Shown: positions 54,258 to 63,262, counted from the stretch's first letter. The stretch: 64,000 nt of DNA from an uncultured Lachnospiraceae bacterium (GCA_934394565.1 CAKRQV010000002.1:16792-80791), one strand, 5' to 3'. The notes: generated by a model from the sequence alone, not told the origin. Made by a program: numbers and translations.

Positions 54258-55271
54258 TTATGCTTCCTTTTCTTTTCTGCGATGCACCATGATATATATA
54301 ACAACCGGAGCACCAAATACAGCGGTCACTGTACTGATGGATAGCTCCGTTGGTGAAAAAAGGGTTCGTGCCAAAAGATCACAAAAAAGACAAAATACCG
54401 AACCGCCCAGAAAGCAGGCAGGAATCATCAGAATCGGTTTCGCCGTTTTAAACAGATTTTTAACCAGATGCGGCACTGCAATACCCACAAAAGAGACCGG
54501 CCCGGCAAATGCTGTCACACAGGCAGACAAAATACTTGACAAAAGCACCAAAAGCACTCTGAAGCGCTGTACATTCAATCCCATGTTTCTTGCATAGGCT
54601 TCTCCCATCTGATAGGCGCTCAACGGCTTTGACATCAAAAACACCCCAACCGACGTTACCAGAATCACGATCGCCATAACAGATACATTCTGCCATGTAA
54701 TCCCGGAAAAGCTTCCCTTTGACCAGTTATGCAGATTTACAATATCCGCATCATCCGCAAAAGTCACCACAAAATCTGTAATTGCCGAACAGATATAGCC
54801 GATCATGACACCACTTACGATCAGCATAGCCATCTGATCCATCACCCTTGACATCAGAATCACAAAGCCCATGCAAAGCATGGCACCTGCAAAAGCCGCC
54901 AGGATCATAACCCATGAGCTCAGTGTAAGGGCATTTCCCAGTGCAGCTACCATGACAAGCGCTACGACAAGCTTTGCCCCTGAAGAAATACCCAGCGTAA
55001 ACGGGCCCGCAATCGGATTATGAAAAAATGTCTGTAAAAGATATCCTGACAAAGCCAGTCCACCACCAAGGATTGCTGCCGCAAGTGCTCTGGGATATCT
55101 GATCTGCATCACAATGTCCGTATATGTTTCATCCTGTCCGGCACCAAGTAAAATGGCCGGGATATCCTTAAATGGCACATTGACACTGCCAATGCAGATA
55201 TTTAACAGGATCAGGAACACCAGAAGTATGCAAAGTAAAGTATAGGCCGCAAAATATCTGTGTTTTTTCAT
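54258..55271 (-). CDS. FecCD-family ABC permease (BtuC-like)
   Basis: It is polytopic, with RYPRALAAAILGGGLALSGYLLQ. Confidence 0.9.
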   Translation of the reverse strand: MKKHRYFAAYTLLCILLVFLILLNICIGSVNVPFKDIPAILLGAGQDETYTDIVMQIRYPRALAAAILGGGLALSGYLLQTFFHNPIAGPFTLGISSGAKLVVALVMVAALGNALTLSSWVMILAAFAGAMLCMGFVILMSRVMDQMAMLIVSGVMIGYICSAITDFVVTFADDADIVNLHNWSKGSFSGITWQNVSVMAIVILVTSVGVFLMSKPLSAYQMGEAYARNMGLNVQRFRVLLVLLSSILSACVTAFAGPVSFVGIAVPHLVKNLFKTAKPILMIPACFLGGSVFCLFCDLLARTLFSPTELSISTVTAVFGAPVVIYIMVHRRKEKEA

Positions 55272-55274
55272 GTT

Positions 55275-56417
55275 TTACTCCAGTCTGTATAAATACACCA
55301 GATCCGCATCATCGTTTTCCAGCATACGGTGGATATCACCGGTAATCGTACCCAGCGACATCGTGGACTGGTAGAGGTTTTTTGTTGTACAGTACACATG
55401 GCCTTCCTGCACGGCTTTGCATTTCTGCAAAAGCGGGCTTTTCGCCAAAAGGTCCTCCAGCGTGTCCAGTTCTCCGTCTATCGTACTGTTATAGATCATA
55501 TAATCCGCATCTTTTGCTTTTGCATAGAATTCTTCCATCTGCATGGAGATCGTAGACGTTGCTTCTGCATCTTTACCCAGATCCTCAAAGATATACTTTC
55601 CGCCCGCATCTTCGATCATTTTTGGCAGATAGTCCGACGATTTTCGTACATTTACTTCTCCATTGCTTGTTACATAGAAAAAGGCCACTGTCTTGCCTGT
55701 TTTATCCGTATTTCCCACTTTTGCAAAGGCTTCTTCTTCTCTTTCAAAGGCTTTTTCTGCTTCTTTCTCATGATCCGTCAGAAGTCCATACAGCTTCACC
55801 CATTCCGTTCTTCCAAGCGGTTCCGGCTCATAGCTGGATCTGTCCACCAAGACGGCGATATTGAAGCGTTCCAGCTGTTCCTGCACCTCCGGGCTGTGAC
55901 CGATCATTGTGTTTTCTATTGCCAGGCTGCAGTTTTCTGCACGAATCATTTCATAATCCGGCGCAGAATACTTTCCGGCATACAAAATATCCCCTCTTTG
56001 CATGGCTTCTCTGGCCTCCGGTATGTACCAATTGTCTGCCTGAAGCCCGCTGAAGCGTATCGTATCAAGAGCATCCAGCGAAACAAACATATCCATAACC
56101 GCGGAAGCTACCAGGTACATATTTTTGAGAGGCTTTTGCAGCACTGTAATATCCTCTGAAAGATCTTTTGGCGCCTTTTTTCCCTCTGGAACCACCAGAT
56201 ACCGGCTGCCATCTGCAATTGTTATAAGAGCATACCCGTCTTCGTAATAATCCACAGCAAACTCTTTTGCATAGGATGTTTCCAGACTGCTTGTATATGT
56301 CAGGCTGCTACTTACCGCAGTATCCCTGTTTTCAATGGTTTTGTTTTCTTTGGCACCACAGGCAGTCAAAAGCCCCACCAATAAAACTGCCAGTAAGACC
56401 ATTCTCTTTTTCTTCAT
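55275..56417 (-). CDS. Periplasmic-binding-protein type 2 substrate-binding lipoprotein (BtuF-like)
   Basis: It has a lipobox (LLTACGA) and a Peripla_BP_2-like layout. It sits in the B12-riboswitch operon. Confidence 0.8.
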   Translation of the reverse strand: MKKKRMVLLAVLLVGLLTACGAKENKTIENRDTAVSSSLTYTSSLETSYAKEFAVDYYEDGYALITIADGSRYLVVPEGKKAPKDLSEDITVLQKPLKNMYLVASAVMDMFVSLDALDTIRFSGLQADNWYIPEAREAMQRGDILYAGKYSAPDYEMIRAENCSLAIENTMIGHSPEVQEQLERFNIAVLVDRSSYEPEPLGRTEWVKLYGLLTDHEKEAEKAFEREEEAFAKVGNTDKTGKTVAFFYVTSNGEVNVRKSSDYLPKMIEDAGGKYIFEDLGKDAEATSTISMQMEEFYAKAKDADYMIYNSTIDGELDTLEDLLAKSPLLQKCKAVQEGHVYCTTKNLYQSTMSLGTITGDIHRMLENDDADLVYLYRLE

Positions 56418-56863
56418 ACTTTCTTTTTCCTTCTATTTTTTCCTATCACAACTGCTGCAGTCACTACAGCACACACAAGGAAAATCCCTCCAAACAATAT
56501 TCCTGTATTCCTGTCCGACGCTTTTGCAGGTTTTACAGAGGCAGAGGCAAATGTAAGTGTGTACTCGATCTCATGCGGAATACTCATCGCTGTAGTGTCT
56601 GCTGTAACTGGTATAGCCTCATCAAATGCCGAAACCGGTACCTCGAACACAGAATTCCCCTCTGTATTTACAGGCAGCAGTTTTTCATCCTTCACCACCA
56701 TATAGTCATAGTGAGAGCTGCTCCATTCAATCCGCGCGATTTTTTCTCCCGACTGTACTGTAAGCTCTGCCGGTGATGTGATACCTGCTCTTCCAGATCC
56801 TCCCTCAAGCTGTACATCCACTGTATATAAGCCATCTTCAAGCTGCAGATTTTCACTTTCCAT
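56414..56863 (-). CDS. Hypothetical protein with a C-terminal TM anchor; paralog of the 56978-57553 domain
   Basis: The ATG at 56863 follows a GAGGAGAAGG ribosome binding site. It has LEDGLYTVDV...ELTVQSGEKIARIEWSS...FEVPVSAFDE. The C-terminal helix is followed by KNRRKKKV. There is no N-terminal signal peptide. Confidence 0.5.
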   Translation of the reverse strand: MESENLQLEDGLYTVDVQLEGGSGRAGITSPAELTVQSGEKIARIEWSSSHYDYMVVKDEKLLPVNTEGNSVFEVPVSAFDEAIPVTADTTAMSIPHEIEYTLTFASASVKPAKASDRNTGILFGGIFLVCAVVTAAVVIGKNRRKKKV

Positions 56864-56977
56864 AGTCCTTCTCCTCTTCGTCCGGATAAGTTTCCGGAGC
56901 GATGTATCCTCTTTTAGTAGTAAAGGCTGCTGCAAAACATGTCCTCATGCTGCAGCAGCCTTTGTAGATTCTGTATT

Positions 56978-57553
56978 TTAGTCTTCCAACGGCACAGGAT
57001 TCGACACAGAAACCTTATGATCATACCAGGTTCCCTTTGTTCCTATAAGTGCCAGATCAAACTCTTCATCCAATGCCGGAACCGGCACATCAAATCCATA
57101 CACTTCTTCTGTTGTGCCATCCTCGTATGTCACTGTATCAGTCGTCGGCTCTAGTAGCTGTGCACCATCCTTTTTTGCATCCTTGGCAAGACCGGCATAC
57201 AGATTCACGATTTTTTTGGAAGACAGTGAGATATGTATCGTCATCTGTCCGTCCTTTACCGTCAGTCTGCCTACACCGTCACATGCCTCATTTACATGGA
57301 ACATGCTGCTGTCTGTATCAAACGCTGCAGAATATACACCATCCTCCAGTGCAGCTGCTGTATTATCCGTCGGTGCACTCTCATCAACAGGAGCTATGTC
57401 ACTTGTTACGCCGGAGGACTCTGCCTCTGTTGTCTGAGAACCTGTCGCCTTAGATGCTTCTGCCTGTGTTTTGTCCTGCTGTCCGCCACAACCGGCTAGC
57501 ACGGTCAGGCCCAAGGTTGCTGCAGTCATCAGTATAGCTATCCTTTTTTTCAT
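56978..57553 (-). CDS. Lipoprotein of unknown function; paralogous domain to 56414-56863
   Basis: It has a lipobox (LAGCGG) and a low-complexity linker, followed by LEDGVYSAAFD...RLTVKDGQMTIHISLSS...FDVPVPALDEE. Confidence 0.55.
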   Translation of the reverse strand: MKKRIAILMTAATLGLTVLAGCGGQQDKTQAEASKATGSQTTEAESSGVTSDIAPVDESAPTDNTAAALEDGVYSAAFDTDSSMFHVNEACDGVGRLTVKDGQMTIHISLSSKKIVNLYAGLAKDAKKDGAQLLEPTTDTVTYEDGTTEEVYGFDVPVPALDEEFDLALIGTKGTWYDHKVSVSNPVPLED

Positions 57554-57576
57554 AAAATACAAGTCCGTCCTTTACT

Positions 57577-58866
57577 TTATTTCATTGCCTCAGCTGTGTG
57601 AGCAACATAGATATCCTGAATAGCCTTGATCTGTCCAAGACCTTCGATCTGCACATCTACATTTTCAAACTTACCGGAAGCTTTGAACTGGCTTAACCAG
57701 GAATCATCATCATCGCCAGCCATATCGTTGTTTGCATGATCACCGGCAACAACCATCAGCGGACGAAGGATAACCTTTGTATAACCGGCTTCGGCTACTT
57801 TTTCGATAACAGCTTCACAAGCTGTGTCTTCCGGCTCGCCCTCTACTGTACCGATAAATACATTATCATAGCCAAGCTCCTGCATCTGTGTCTGCATCTG
57901 GCTGTATGTAATCTTTGCTGTATGAGATGTACCATGTCCCATAAATACAAAAGCTGTCTTGTCTTCCTTAACAGCATCCAGAGAATCATAACCGGCTGTC
58001 TTTACAGCTTCTGCTGTGATAGCCTCTGCTGCGGCTTTCTTGTCGTCGTTGATTGCGGAAGCATCAGCTCCAACCTCGCCAAGGAGCGGCTCAGCTACTT
58101 TTACAGACTCAAATTTGTCTTTATAAGAATCCACAGCCTCCATCAGCTCATCATACTCCGCACCATGCATCAGATGTGTCGGCTGTACAACCAGATTTTT
58201 TACACCATTTGCTACTGCACGATCAAGTGCCTGATCCATATTATCGATATGCTCATCGTCTCTTGCCTGCACATGATTGATGATGATCTGTGCTGTAAAT
58301 GCACGTCTGACAGACCAGTCCGGATAAGCTGCCTGCAGCGCATCCTCAACACCCTTGATATCCTCTGCACGGCTATCGTTAAAGGACGTACCAAAGCTTA
58401 CGACCAGGAGTTCATTTTCACCGATATCATCCCCGTTGCGCGGATCATCCTTGGAAGCATCGCCGGTATCTCTGCCAAAATAATCCGGATCTGCCTCTTC
58501 TCCTTCAACCATCTCTTTCTGCGCATCTGTCAGTGCATCCCATGCTTCTTTTGCTTCCTTACACTGTGCATCTGTGTTCTCGGTTCTTTCCTGTACATAG
58601 ATCGCATCGATCAGCTCTGCCACATGATCAGCTGCGGCTTTGTCAGCATCTTCCTCAGTTGCAGATGCTTCAGCAGCTGCAGATGCTGTTTCTGTGGCTG
58701 CCGTACTTGACTCCGCTGCAGCAGAAGCAGTCTCTGACTGTGCTGCACTCTCAACCGGTGTCGAAGATACTGCGGTGCTTGAAGAAGCATTGCCTCCACA
58801 GCCAACGATCATGGATGCTGTCAAAGCACCTACACACAATACTGTTGCAAATTTTCTCTTCATCAT
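57577..58866 (-). CDS. Lipoprotein homolog of sirohydrochlorin cobaltochelatase CbiK (predicted extracytoplasmic)
   Basis: It has a lipobox (MIVGCGG) and a Ser/Ala/Thr/Glu-rich linker. The CbiK core follows: LLVVSFGTS, VVQPTHLMHGAEYDEL, FVFMGHGTSH, LRPLMVVAGDHANNDMAG. The ATGATG start at 58866 follows a GGGAGGA ribosome binding site. Confidence 0.75.
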   Translation of the reverse strand: MMKRKFATVLCVGALTASMIVGCGGNASSSTAVSSTPVESAAQSETASAAAESSTAATETASAAAEASATEEDADKAAADHVAELIDAIYVQERTENTDAQCKEAKEAWDALTDAQKEMVEGEEADPDYFGRDTGDASKDDPRNGDDIGENELLVVSFGTSFNDSRAEDIKGVEDALQAAYPDWSVRRAFTAQIIINHVQARDDEHIDNMDQALDRAVANGVKNLVVQPTHLMHGAEYDELMEAVDSYKDKFESVKVAEPLLGEVGADASAINDDKKAAAEAITAEAVKTAGYDSLDAVKEDKTAFVFMGHGTSHTAKITYSQMQTQMQELGYDNVFIGTVEGEPEDTACEAVIEKVAEAGYTKVILRPLMVVAGDHANNDMAGDDDDSWLSQFKASGKFENVDVQIEGLGQIKAIQDIYVAHTAEAMK

Positions 58867-58943
58867 TTTCTTATCCTCCCGAAAAATGATTAATGTATTA
58901 TGCATACATAAACCACACATAGACGGGAGTCAATGAAATGTGA

Positions 58944-59043
58944 CAACTATGAGAAACACTCTGTGCGATTTTCGCAAGATATCGCGGCAGTCGCCAAGGT
59001 CTCACGCAAGCACGGACTTTGGCTCGTTGCTCGCATAAAAAAA
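58944..59043. repeat. Dispersed ~100-nt repeat, copy 2 (copy 1 is at 30450-30552)
   Basis: It has the same core, ATCGCGGCAGTCGCCAAGGTCTC...GCACGGACT.TGGCTCGTTGC. It lies between the riboswitch terminator and the first gene of the operon. Confidence 0.8.
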
Positions 59044-59067
59044 TCCAACGCAAAAAAGCGCTGGATT
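59035..59067 (-). terminator. Intrinsic terminator (expression platform of the cobalamin riboswitch)
   Basis: On the minus strand, AATCCAGCGC-TTTTTT-GCGTTGGATT is followed by T7. Confidence 0.65.
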
Positions 59068-59094
59068 GAGTGTATCTGTCCTCATTCGGTACAA

Positions 59095-59300
59095 TCAATC
59101 CTCGTGATCTGGAATATCGCATTCCCCGTACCACAGTCTGGCAGGTCTCCTGGCTCACAGCTACGCATACAACCGCCTTCCCGATAGGATCAGTGACATA
59201 TATGGCCGTATACTTCTGCTTACAGTGACGAGATCGCGCAGGATTCTCACCTGCTTCCCTATTCTCCGCCTTATACAGGCGGCACCAGCTGTTTCTTATG
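59095..59300 (-). promoter_or_regulatory. Cobalamin (B12) riboswitch
   Basis: The minus strand contains GGTGCC...AATAGGGAAGCAGGTGAGAATCCTGCGC...CACTGTAA and the B12 box GCCAGGAGACCTGCC. Confidence 0.85.
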
Positions 59301-59324
59301 CAGTTTTATGTATCCATTAGCTGC

Positions 59325-59352
59325 ATTATAGCACTCTTTGTTAAAAATTCAA
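59325..59352 (-). promoter_or_regulatory. Promoter of the riboswitch-controlled operon (TTGAAT-16-TGcTATAAT)
   Basis: An extended -10 element was read on the minus strand, about 25 nt upstream of the riboswitch. Confidence 0.55.
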
Positions 59353-59403
59353 CATATTTGCCAGATAATTTACAATATATTGACGATTTTCTTGTATTTT
59401 CAT

Positions 59404-60612
59404 CTATACACTTACAATAGACTGAACAAAATGCTGAAAAACCTGCCGGAAACACCACAAAAGCGAAACCCTGTACACATCCTGCCTAAGCTGTATTCTG
59501 CTTTTTTTTATGCACTGCCCGCCAAGCCAGTACCTTACCTCCCCGCAGTCCATCCCCGCAGCTGCAGGCGCTTCCAAAGTGCTGACATAACGATACGTGG
59601 CGCGTATGGTTTCTTCCGTTCCCAGCAATACTGTGGTCACTGACTTTTCCGGTACTTCTGTAAGCCAAACCTTCGGATTTCTTTTTTCTCCCCATCCATA
59701 CACTGCACCCTCGGCCGGTATCTCTGCCTCAAATTGCAAGGGCACAATCGTATGCAATCTATAATTCTCTTTGCCATATTGCAAAAGCGTCAGTGCATCC
59801 TTCCATTTCCATGTTTTGTTTCCCGGCCATCCACAGCCAAGCAACGCAATTACAAAGGTACGGCCTTCGCTCTTTACTGCACAGACATAACAGTATCCTG
59901 CATCATTTGTAAATCCTGTCTTTCCGCTTAAAACGCCTTTCGTCATCCGTAAAAACTGATTATGGTTTGTACAGCTGTAATTCATCTGTCCTTCCAGATC
60001 CGAAAAGCTGTGGTTTTCCTTCTGCGTAATTGCAAGAAACTGCTCTGCCTGTAAAGACTGTCCTGTACAGTAGCGCATAATAGCAGCCAGATCAGCAGCT
60101 GTTGTGTGATGTGTCCCTTTTGCATCTTTGGCATCCAACCCATTCGGTGTAATAAAATATGTGTTCTCACAGCCAAGCTCTTTTGCTTTTTCATTCATCC
60201 GCCGGGCAAAGGCTTCCACTGAACCATCCAGATGCTCTGCCAGCATCACCGCTGCATCGTTATAGGATTCCAGCATCAGGGCATATAAAAGATCCTTTAA
60301 CAGAAACCTTTGGCCCTTTTGCACTCCCAGACGCACCTTTGGCTGCTTTACGGCATTTTGCGAAGCGATCACGGTCTCTGTCAGATCACAGTTTTCCAAA
60401 ATAAGGATACAGGTCATGATCTTTGTCGTACTGGCCATGGCCATTTCCTGTGTTTCATTTTTTCCATATAAAATACGCCCGCTGTCCCCGTCCATCAGAC
60501 AGGCTCCGCGGGCGTACAGCCGGCCGGGATCCGTCTGGGCAGCCCGGCAGTTTATACATACCATATACTCGAGAAAAACCAGAACGCACAGCGCTGTTAC
60601 CAGTTTTTTCAT
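59404..60612 (-). CDS. Serine-type D-Ala-D-Ala carboxypeptidase (S11, PBP5-like)
   Basis: It has a signal peptide and the motifs SxxK (ASTTKIMT), SxN (LESYND) and KTG (GKTGFT). The ATG is at 60612. Confidence 0.85.
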   Translation of the reverse strand: MKKLVTALCVLVFLEYMVCINCRAAQTDPGRLYARGACLMDGDSGRILYGKNETQEMAMASTTKIMTCILILENCDLTETVIASQNAVKQPKVRLGVQKGQRFLLKDLLYALMLESYNDAAVMLAEHLDGSVEAFARRMNEKAKELGCENTYFITPNGLDAKDAKGTHHTTAADLAAIMRYCTGQSLQAEQFLAITQKENHSFSDLEGQMNYSCTNHNQFLRMTKGVLSGKTGFTNDAGYCYVCAVKSEGRTFVIALLGCGWPGNKTWKWKDALTLLQYGKENYRLHTIVPLQFEAEIPAEGAVYGWGEKRNPKVWLTEVPEKSVTTVLLGTEETIRATYRYVSTLEAPAAAGMDCGEVRYWLGGQCIKKSRIQLRQDVYRVSLLWCFRQVFQHFVQSIVSV

Positions 60613-60656
60613 GGTTTTTCCTTTCACCTTTTATTGCAGCTATATAGCCTTATTCT

Positions 60657-61385
60657 TTACAACTCATCTTCTTCTGAAATGCTTTCGCTGTGTGCTTCAC
60701 TTTCGCCTTCAGCAGCTTTTGGGGGCTTTTCAGCAAACATTCCCTCTGTATCCAGAATCTCCTCCGGGAACTCGATCTGAAGACCGTCCCCCTGGATTTC
60801 TTCTTTGTTTTCCTCTTCCGGCTTTTCATCCTTGAAGATCTCGGCCTCAGCCTCGGCCTTAAAATCCTCCATTTTGACCGTACTTACCTCAGGCAGCTCG
60901 GAAATCGCAGAAACACCGAATTTGCGTAAAAATTCCTGCGTCGTGCCAAAAAGGATCGGACGGCCCGGTGCATCCAGACGACCAAGCTCCGTGACCAGAT
61001 TGTACTCGACAAGGCGGTTGACCGCATGATCCGACTTCACACCGCGGATCTTTTCAATCTCTGATTTCGTAATCGGCTGCTTATAAGCAATGATCGACAG
61101 CGTTTCCAACATAACATCCGTCAACACCGCCTTTTTCGGCTGGGATGCCAGCCGGATCAGAACGTTATAATATTCTTTCTTCGTGCAGAGCTGCCATGAA
61201 TCTTCCAGCTCCAGCAGGCGGATACCTCTGTTTTCTTCCTCGTAGCGGATGCGCAGACCATCGATCAGCTTCCTTGTTGTCTCCTTATCCTGCTCTATGG
61301 CTTTGGCAATACTTGTAGTATCCACCGGCTCACCCATAGTAAACAGGATTGCTTCAATCGCTGCTTCCAGCTGCGGTATCGTCAT
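60657..61385 (-). CDS. scpB: Segregation and condensation protein B
   Basis: It has LEAAIEAILFTMGEPV and LSIIAYKQPITKSEIEKIRGV. The ATG at 61385 follows an AAGGAGGA ribosome binding site. It overlaps the 3' end of scpA. Confidence 0.85.
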   Translation of the reverse strand: MTIPQLEAAIEAILFTMGEPVDTTSIAKAIEQDKETTRKLIDGLRIRYEEENRGIRLLELEDSWQLCTKKEYYNVLIRLASQPKKAVLTDVMLETLSIIAYKQPITKSEIEKIRGVKSDHAVNRLVEYNLVTELGRLDAPGRPILFGTTQEFLRKFGVSAISELPEVSTVKMEDFKAEAEAEIFKDEKPEEENKEEIQGDGLQIEFPEEILDTEGMFAEKPPKAAEGESEAHSESISEEDEL

Positions 61386-62142
61386 GTACAGTATCCTCCT
61401 TTTCCTTTGTATCGATATAGATTTCTCCAAACGTTTCTTCCTGTCTGAGCGAGATATCCCCGCTCTTCATCAGCTCCAGTATGGCAAGAAATGTAACGAT
61501 CACCTGCGTTTTGGATGACTGGGCATGTAAAAGAGAACGGAACGTAAAATGTCCGTGATTTTTAGCATATACCCGGACATATTCCAGCTTATCCGGCAGA
61601 GAAACCTCTTCCTTTTTGATCTTGCCAAAAGCGCTTCGGATCGGGTCTTTTTTATTTTCCTGCCGTTTAATGACATCTTTAAAGATCTCGTTAAGCTTCT
61701 GCAATGTCATATCATCCAGAAGATGGCTCGTGTCCACCGGAGCCCTGTACTCGGCAACCTCCTTTGGCAGATGCCCCTCATGGTACATCTGCTGTCCGGC
61801 ATCCTCCATACGGTCTCTGAGTTCAAAGGACATATACTTATACATCTTGTATTCCAGCAGTCGTTCCACCAGCTCGGCACGCGGATCCTCTTCTTCGCCC
61901 TCTTCATTGACCTCTTTTGGCAGAAGCATCCGGCATTTGATATCGAGAAGCGTCGCCGCCATGACCATAAACTCACTCATGAGATTCAGATCCTCTTTCC
62001 GCATCTGCCGCACATAGTCCAGATACTGATCCGTGATCATCACGATCGGAATATCATAGATATCTATTTTGTTTTTATCGATCAGGTGCAAAAGAAGGTC
62101 AAGTGGGCCTTCAAACACCGGTAATTTTACTGAAAGTTCCAT
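61354..62142 (-). CDS. scpA: Segregation and condensation protein A
   Basis: The sequence is FEGPLDLLLHLIDKNKIDIYDIPIVMITDQYLDYV. The ATG is at 62142. Confidence 0.85.
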   Translation of the reverse strand: MELSVKLPVFEGPLDLLLHLIDKNKIDIYDIPIVMITDQYLDYVRQMRKEDLNLMSEFMVMAATLLDIKCRMLLPKEVNEEGEEEDPRAELVERLLEYKMYKYMSFELRDRMEDAGQQMYHEGHLPKEVAEYRAPVDTSHLLDDMTLQKLNEIFKDVIKRQENKKDPIRSAFGKIKKEEVSLPDKLEYVRVYAKNHGHFTFRSLLHAQSSKTQVIVTFLAILELMKSGDISLRQEETFGEIYIDTKEKEDTVHDDTAAGSSD

Positions 62143-62248
62143 ATATACCTCAATTATCTGCGCTGTACCTTTTCCGGCCGCGCAGATCTTTGTTCTATGA
62201 TCTGGCGAAACCATTGTGACCGGCTGCTGTTTTTATCGCCACCGGTAC

Positions 62249-63115
62249 TTATGGCCGGTTTTCCAGCTGTACGATCACAAGCTCCCGCGGATTAAACAGA
62301 CGCAGCGGAATCGTATGTTCTCCAAGTCCTGCGCTGACAAGCATCGTCTGTTCTCCCCTGTTGATCCGGCCATATCCATAGGAAGGAAACAACCTGCCAT
62401 CCGTACCGATCACCGGACGTCCAAAAAGCCTCACGATACCTCCATGCATATGACCGGCCAATGTCAGATCCGCTCCCCAGTCAAAATATGTGTCCACATA
62501 GAGGGGATTATGTGCAAGCAGTACATTCACCATCTCTTTTCCCGGATGGCCGACCAGATGTTCCATCATATCCTGTGAAAACGGGACTTTATGCCATTTT
62601 TTATAATTGACTGCAGGGATTTCAAGTCCGGTAAAGCAGACAGCCATACCGTTATGCTCTGTTACCGTACGACTGTTTCGAAGCAGTGTAAGCGGCAGTT
62701 TTTCCAGTGCCTTCTGATATGCCTCCCCCTCACCTTTGTACATCTCCGGATAGATACACATACGATATTCATGATTGCCATATGCATAAATCGTCCGATA
62801 CCGCTGTGCCACCTGAGACACCAGCGAAAGTGCCGGTGCAAAAGAAACATCCGGCTTTCCTACCAGCATATCACCGCCGATCACCACCAGATCCGGTGAA
62901 AGCACCCGTAACGATGCCAGAACCTCTGTTTCCACCTGCTTGTGCCCATTATGAAAATCGGAAAGGAATGCCAGTGTGATCTGCCCGGCAGCGATTCCCG
63001 GTTTATGTACCGTGTGCGTGTATGTTTTTACCGATATCGCTGCCATTTTCTCTCTTTCATTCCTTTCTGCCGTTGCTTCTGTGATCCTTTTTCCATACTT
63101 TTCTGCTAAATACAT
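62249..63115 (-). CDS. Calcineurin-like metallophosphoesterase (YkuE-like)
   Basis: Motifs are LSDFHNGH, GGDMLVG, YGNHEY, LLAHNP and LAGHMHGG. Confidence 0.8.
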   Translation of the reverse strand: MYLAEKYGKRITEATAERNEREKMAAISVKTYTHTVHKPGIAAGQITLAFLSDFHNGHKQVETEVLASLRVLSPDLVVIGGDMLVGKPDVSFAPALSLVSQVAQRYRTIYAYGNHEYRMCIYPEMYKGEGEAYQKALEKLPLTLLRNSRTVTEHNGMAVCFTGLEIPAVNYKKWHKVPFSQDMMEHLVGHPGKEMVNVLLAHNPLYVDTYFDWGADLTLAGHMHGGIVRLFGRPVIGTDGRLFPSYGYGRINRGEQTMLVSAGLGEHTIPLRLFNPRELVIVQLENRP

Positions 63116-63262
63116 TTTCAGTCATAAAAACCGCAGGATAACAGTCTTTACCGAGTATACAATACTTTTCCTTATACTTCAAGAAAGAATCCGCTGTACC
63201 ACCTGCTGCTTATGTTACAGTTCAAAGTTTTCCTGCAAACAATAACCTTTTTTCCTCTGATA

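Noticed and set aside
59095-59300. I checked whether other long 5' leaders might be riboswitches: the 5650-5800 leader of the Rpn-like gene, the 33180-33294 leader of ArsR, and 29037-29350 upstream of the flavoprotein operon.
   Set aside because: I could not find the conserved cores of any class I know (TPP, SAM, FMN, glycine, lysine, purine, c-di-GMP, c-di-AMP, ZTP, guanidine, Mn, NiCo, preQ1). Only the cobalamin element at 59095-59300 shows a diagnostic core.
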